NCBI GenBank assembly: GCA_029051735.1
Contig: JAIDKZ010000039.1
Span: forward strand, 1-58,854
Direction: 5' to 3'
Source of the DNA: Anaeroplasmataceae bacterium
GTDB lineage: Bacteria > Bacillota_I > Bacilli_A > Acholeplasmatales > Anaeroplasmataceae
Length of the DNA: 58,854 nt
Below are positions 58,021-58,854 of this stretch, in pieces. Position 1 is the first letter of the stretch, and every line of letters starts with the position of its first letter. The notes below the pieces were generated by a model that was not told the DNA's origin, did no database searches, and saw nothing but the letters and a program-made list of their open reading frames with translations. A program made the translations under genes and the position numbers.

Positions 58021-58509
58021 ATGAGAAAGTTATTGTTCATTGGAATCATCATAATGGTGATTATCGTGGCGATTTTAAATATAAAGGATGATAAAAAAGA
58101 AATTCGTGTTCGTGTTATACCAAATAGTGATGAGGCATTCGATTTAAGGATAAAAGAAAAAGCAAAAGATATTACTACATACTATTTGAAAGAAGCATAT
58201 GACAAGGATTATAATACTTTTGAAAATAATATTAGAACTACGATGAAAAAATTTGAAAGTACATTAAAAAAAGAATTAAAACAGAATGTTGAAGTTAGTC
58301 TTAGTAATCATACCTTATACAATAAAACATATAATAATAGTGCAGTTAAAAATACTTCGGAATTAACTTTATATGTTATCTTAGGAAGTGGAAATGGTTC
58401 CAACTGGTGGGGGACAGTGTATCCTGAATTTCTTTTAGTAAATAGTAGTGAAGAAGTGAAATATGAAAGTTTAATTTTAAGTATTTTTAATAAATTAAAA
58501 GGAGAATAA
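58021..58509 (+). CDS. spoIIR: SpoIIR-like protein (stage II sporulation signalling protein family)
   Basis: N-terminal TM/signal helix, IRVRVIPNSDEAFDLRIKEKAKD (compare IRLRILANSDS..DQ.LK) and LGSGNGSNWWGTVYPEF (compare GANWWCVLFPPLC). Neighbour of ywlC/tsaC as in Bacillus. AGGGGGGAA RBS. Confidence 0.75.
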   Translation: MRKLLFIGIIIMVIIVAILNIKDDKKEIRVRVIPNSDEAFDLRIKEKAKDITTYYLKEAYDKDYNTFENNIRTTMKKFESTLKKELKQNVEVSLSNHTLYNKTYNNSAVKNTSELTLYVILGSGNGSNWWGTVYPEFLLVNSSEEVKYESLILSIFNKLKGE

Positions 58510-58510
58510 A

Positions 58511-58854
58511 ATGATTAGAGTTGAAAAAATCAACAAAGATATTTTTCCAAATGCGATAGAATTTCTAACTTCGGTTCCTTCAATAGAAAAAATTGATGAA
58601 AATATTTTGAATAATGCGTGTTTGGCTTTTGATGAAAATAAAATTGTTGGTTGCATATCTTTTGAGGAGTTTTCAGATAAAGGATTAATCCGTTATTTTG
58701 TTTTTAAAAAAGTTTTATCTATAGAATACTTAGAAATGCTTCTAAGTTGTTTAGAAGAAAATGCAATGGAAAAAGGAATCCATATGCTGGTTTGTATTGC
58801 AGAATGTAATCAAATAGAAGAATTATTTTCTTCTTTGAATTTTAATGTTTTAGA
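58511..58854 (+). CDS. Hypothetical protein, 3' end outside the window (possibly a small acetyltransferase-fold protein)
   Basis: The ATG at 58511 lies 5 nt after GGAGAA and 1 nt after the spoIIR stop. The frame stays open for 114 codons to the window edge (MIRVEKINKDIFPNAIEFL...). The function guess is weak. Confidence 0.6.
   Translation, partial: MIRVEKINKDIFPNAIEFLTSVPSIEKIDENILNNACLAFDENKIVGCISFEEFSDKGLIRYFVFKKVLSIEYLEMLLSCLEENAMEKGIHMLVCIAECNQIEELFSSLNFNVL

Noticed and set aside
1-58854. Searched by eye for tRNA/rRNA genes, CRISPR repeat-spacer arrays, transposases, integrases, phage genes and toxin-antitoxin pairs.
   Set aside because: No cloverleaf-like or rRNA-like conserved stretches, no regularly spaced direct repeats of 25-40 nt, and no ORF with recombinase/transposase motifs. 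All intergenic regions longer than 100 nt are AT-rich promoter/terminator regions.
1-58854. Possibility of Mollicutes-type genetic code 4 (TGA = Trp), given the AT-rich, Mollicutes-related look.
   Set aside because: TGA terminates well-defined genes at the expected protein length (for example the methyltransferase at 8209-8211, the thioredoxin-like gene at 10006-10008 and truA at 24047-24049). Conserved Trp positions are encoded by TGG.

Overview
This is a 58.9-kb chromosomal window from a low-GC, AT-rich Bacillota genome. Gene order and protein sequences look Erysipelotrichia/Clostridia-like, but the taxon cannot be fixed without a database search. Standard code 11 applies: TGA ends several well-supported genes and Trp is TGG. 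I can support 39 protein-coding genes, all but one on the + strand. I recognised no tRNA, rRNA, CRISPR array, transposase or integrase. Most of the window is housekeeping, arranged in Bacillus-like syntenic blocks: tmk-holB-yaaT-(yabB-like methyltransferase)-rsmI; rpsF-ssb-rpsR; gdpP-rplI-dnaB-prfA; ecfA1-ecfA2-ecfT-truA; rpoB-rpoC; NUDIX-prmC-tsaC(ywlC)-spoIIR. Interspersed genes are a 5'-truncated Upf1-like helicase, a long U32 peptidase, an NMT1-like ABC importer, a GGDEF cyclase, an HD-GYP protein, an LtaS-family enzyme and an M16C peptidase. The stand-out accessory region is 40.47-55.98 kb. It is one promoter-to-terminator unit of three giant lipobox-anchored surface proteins (1739, 1909 and 1437 aa). 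They are built from Listeria-Bacteroides (Flg_new) repeats, Big_2 domains, helical stalk repeats and a recurring unassigned beta-sandwich module. Two of them carry PL1 pectate-lyase beta-helix domains. Other oddities: (1) gdpP has no stop codon and runs in frame into rplI, predicting a membrane-anchored c-di-AMP phosphodiesterase-L9 fusion. (2) A 318-aa protein ends in a uL15 C-terminal domain and is co-transcribed with a DUF2238-like membrane protein. (3) rpoB has its own consensus promoter and a structured leader of about 190 nt. (4) The beta-prime subunit ends in an acidic tail of about 60 aa. All family assignments rest on motifs read by eye and recalled family signatures. None has been verified by a search.
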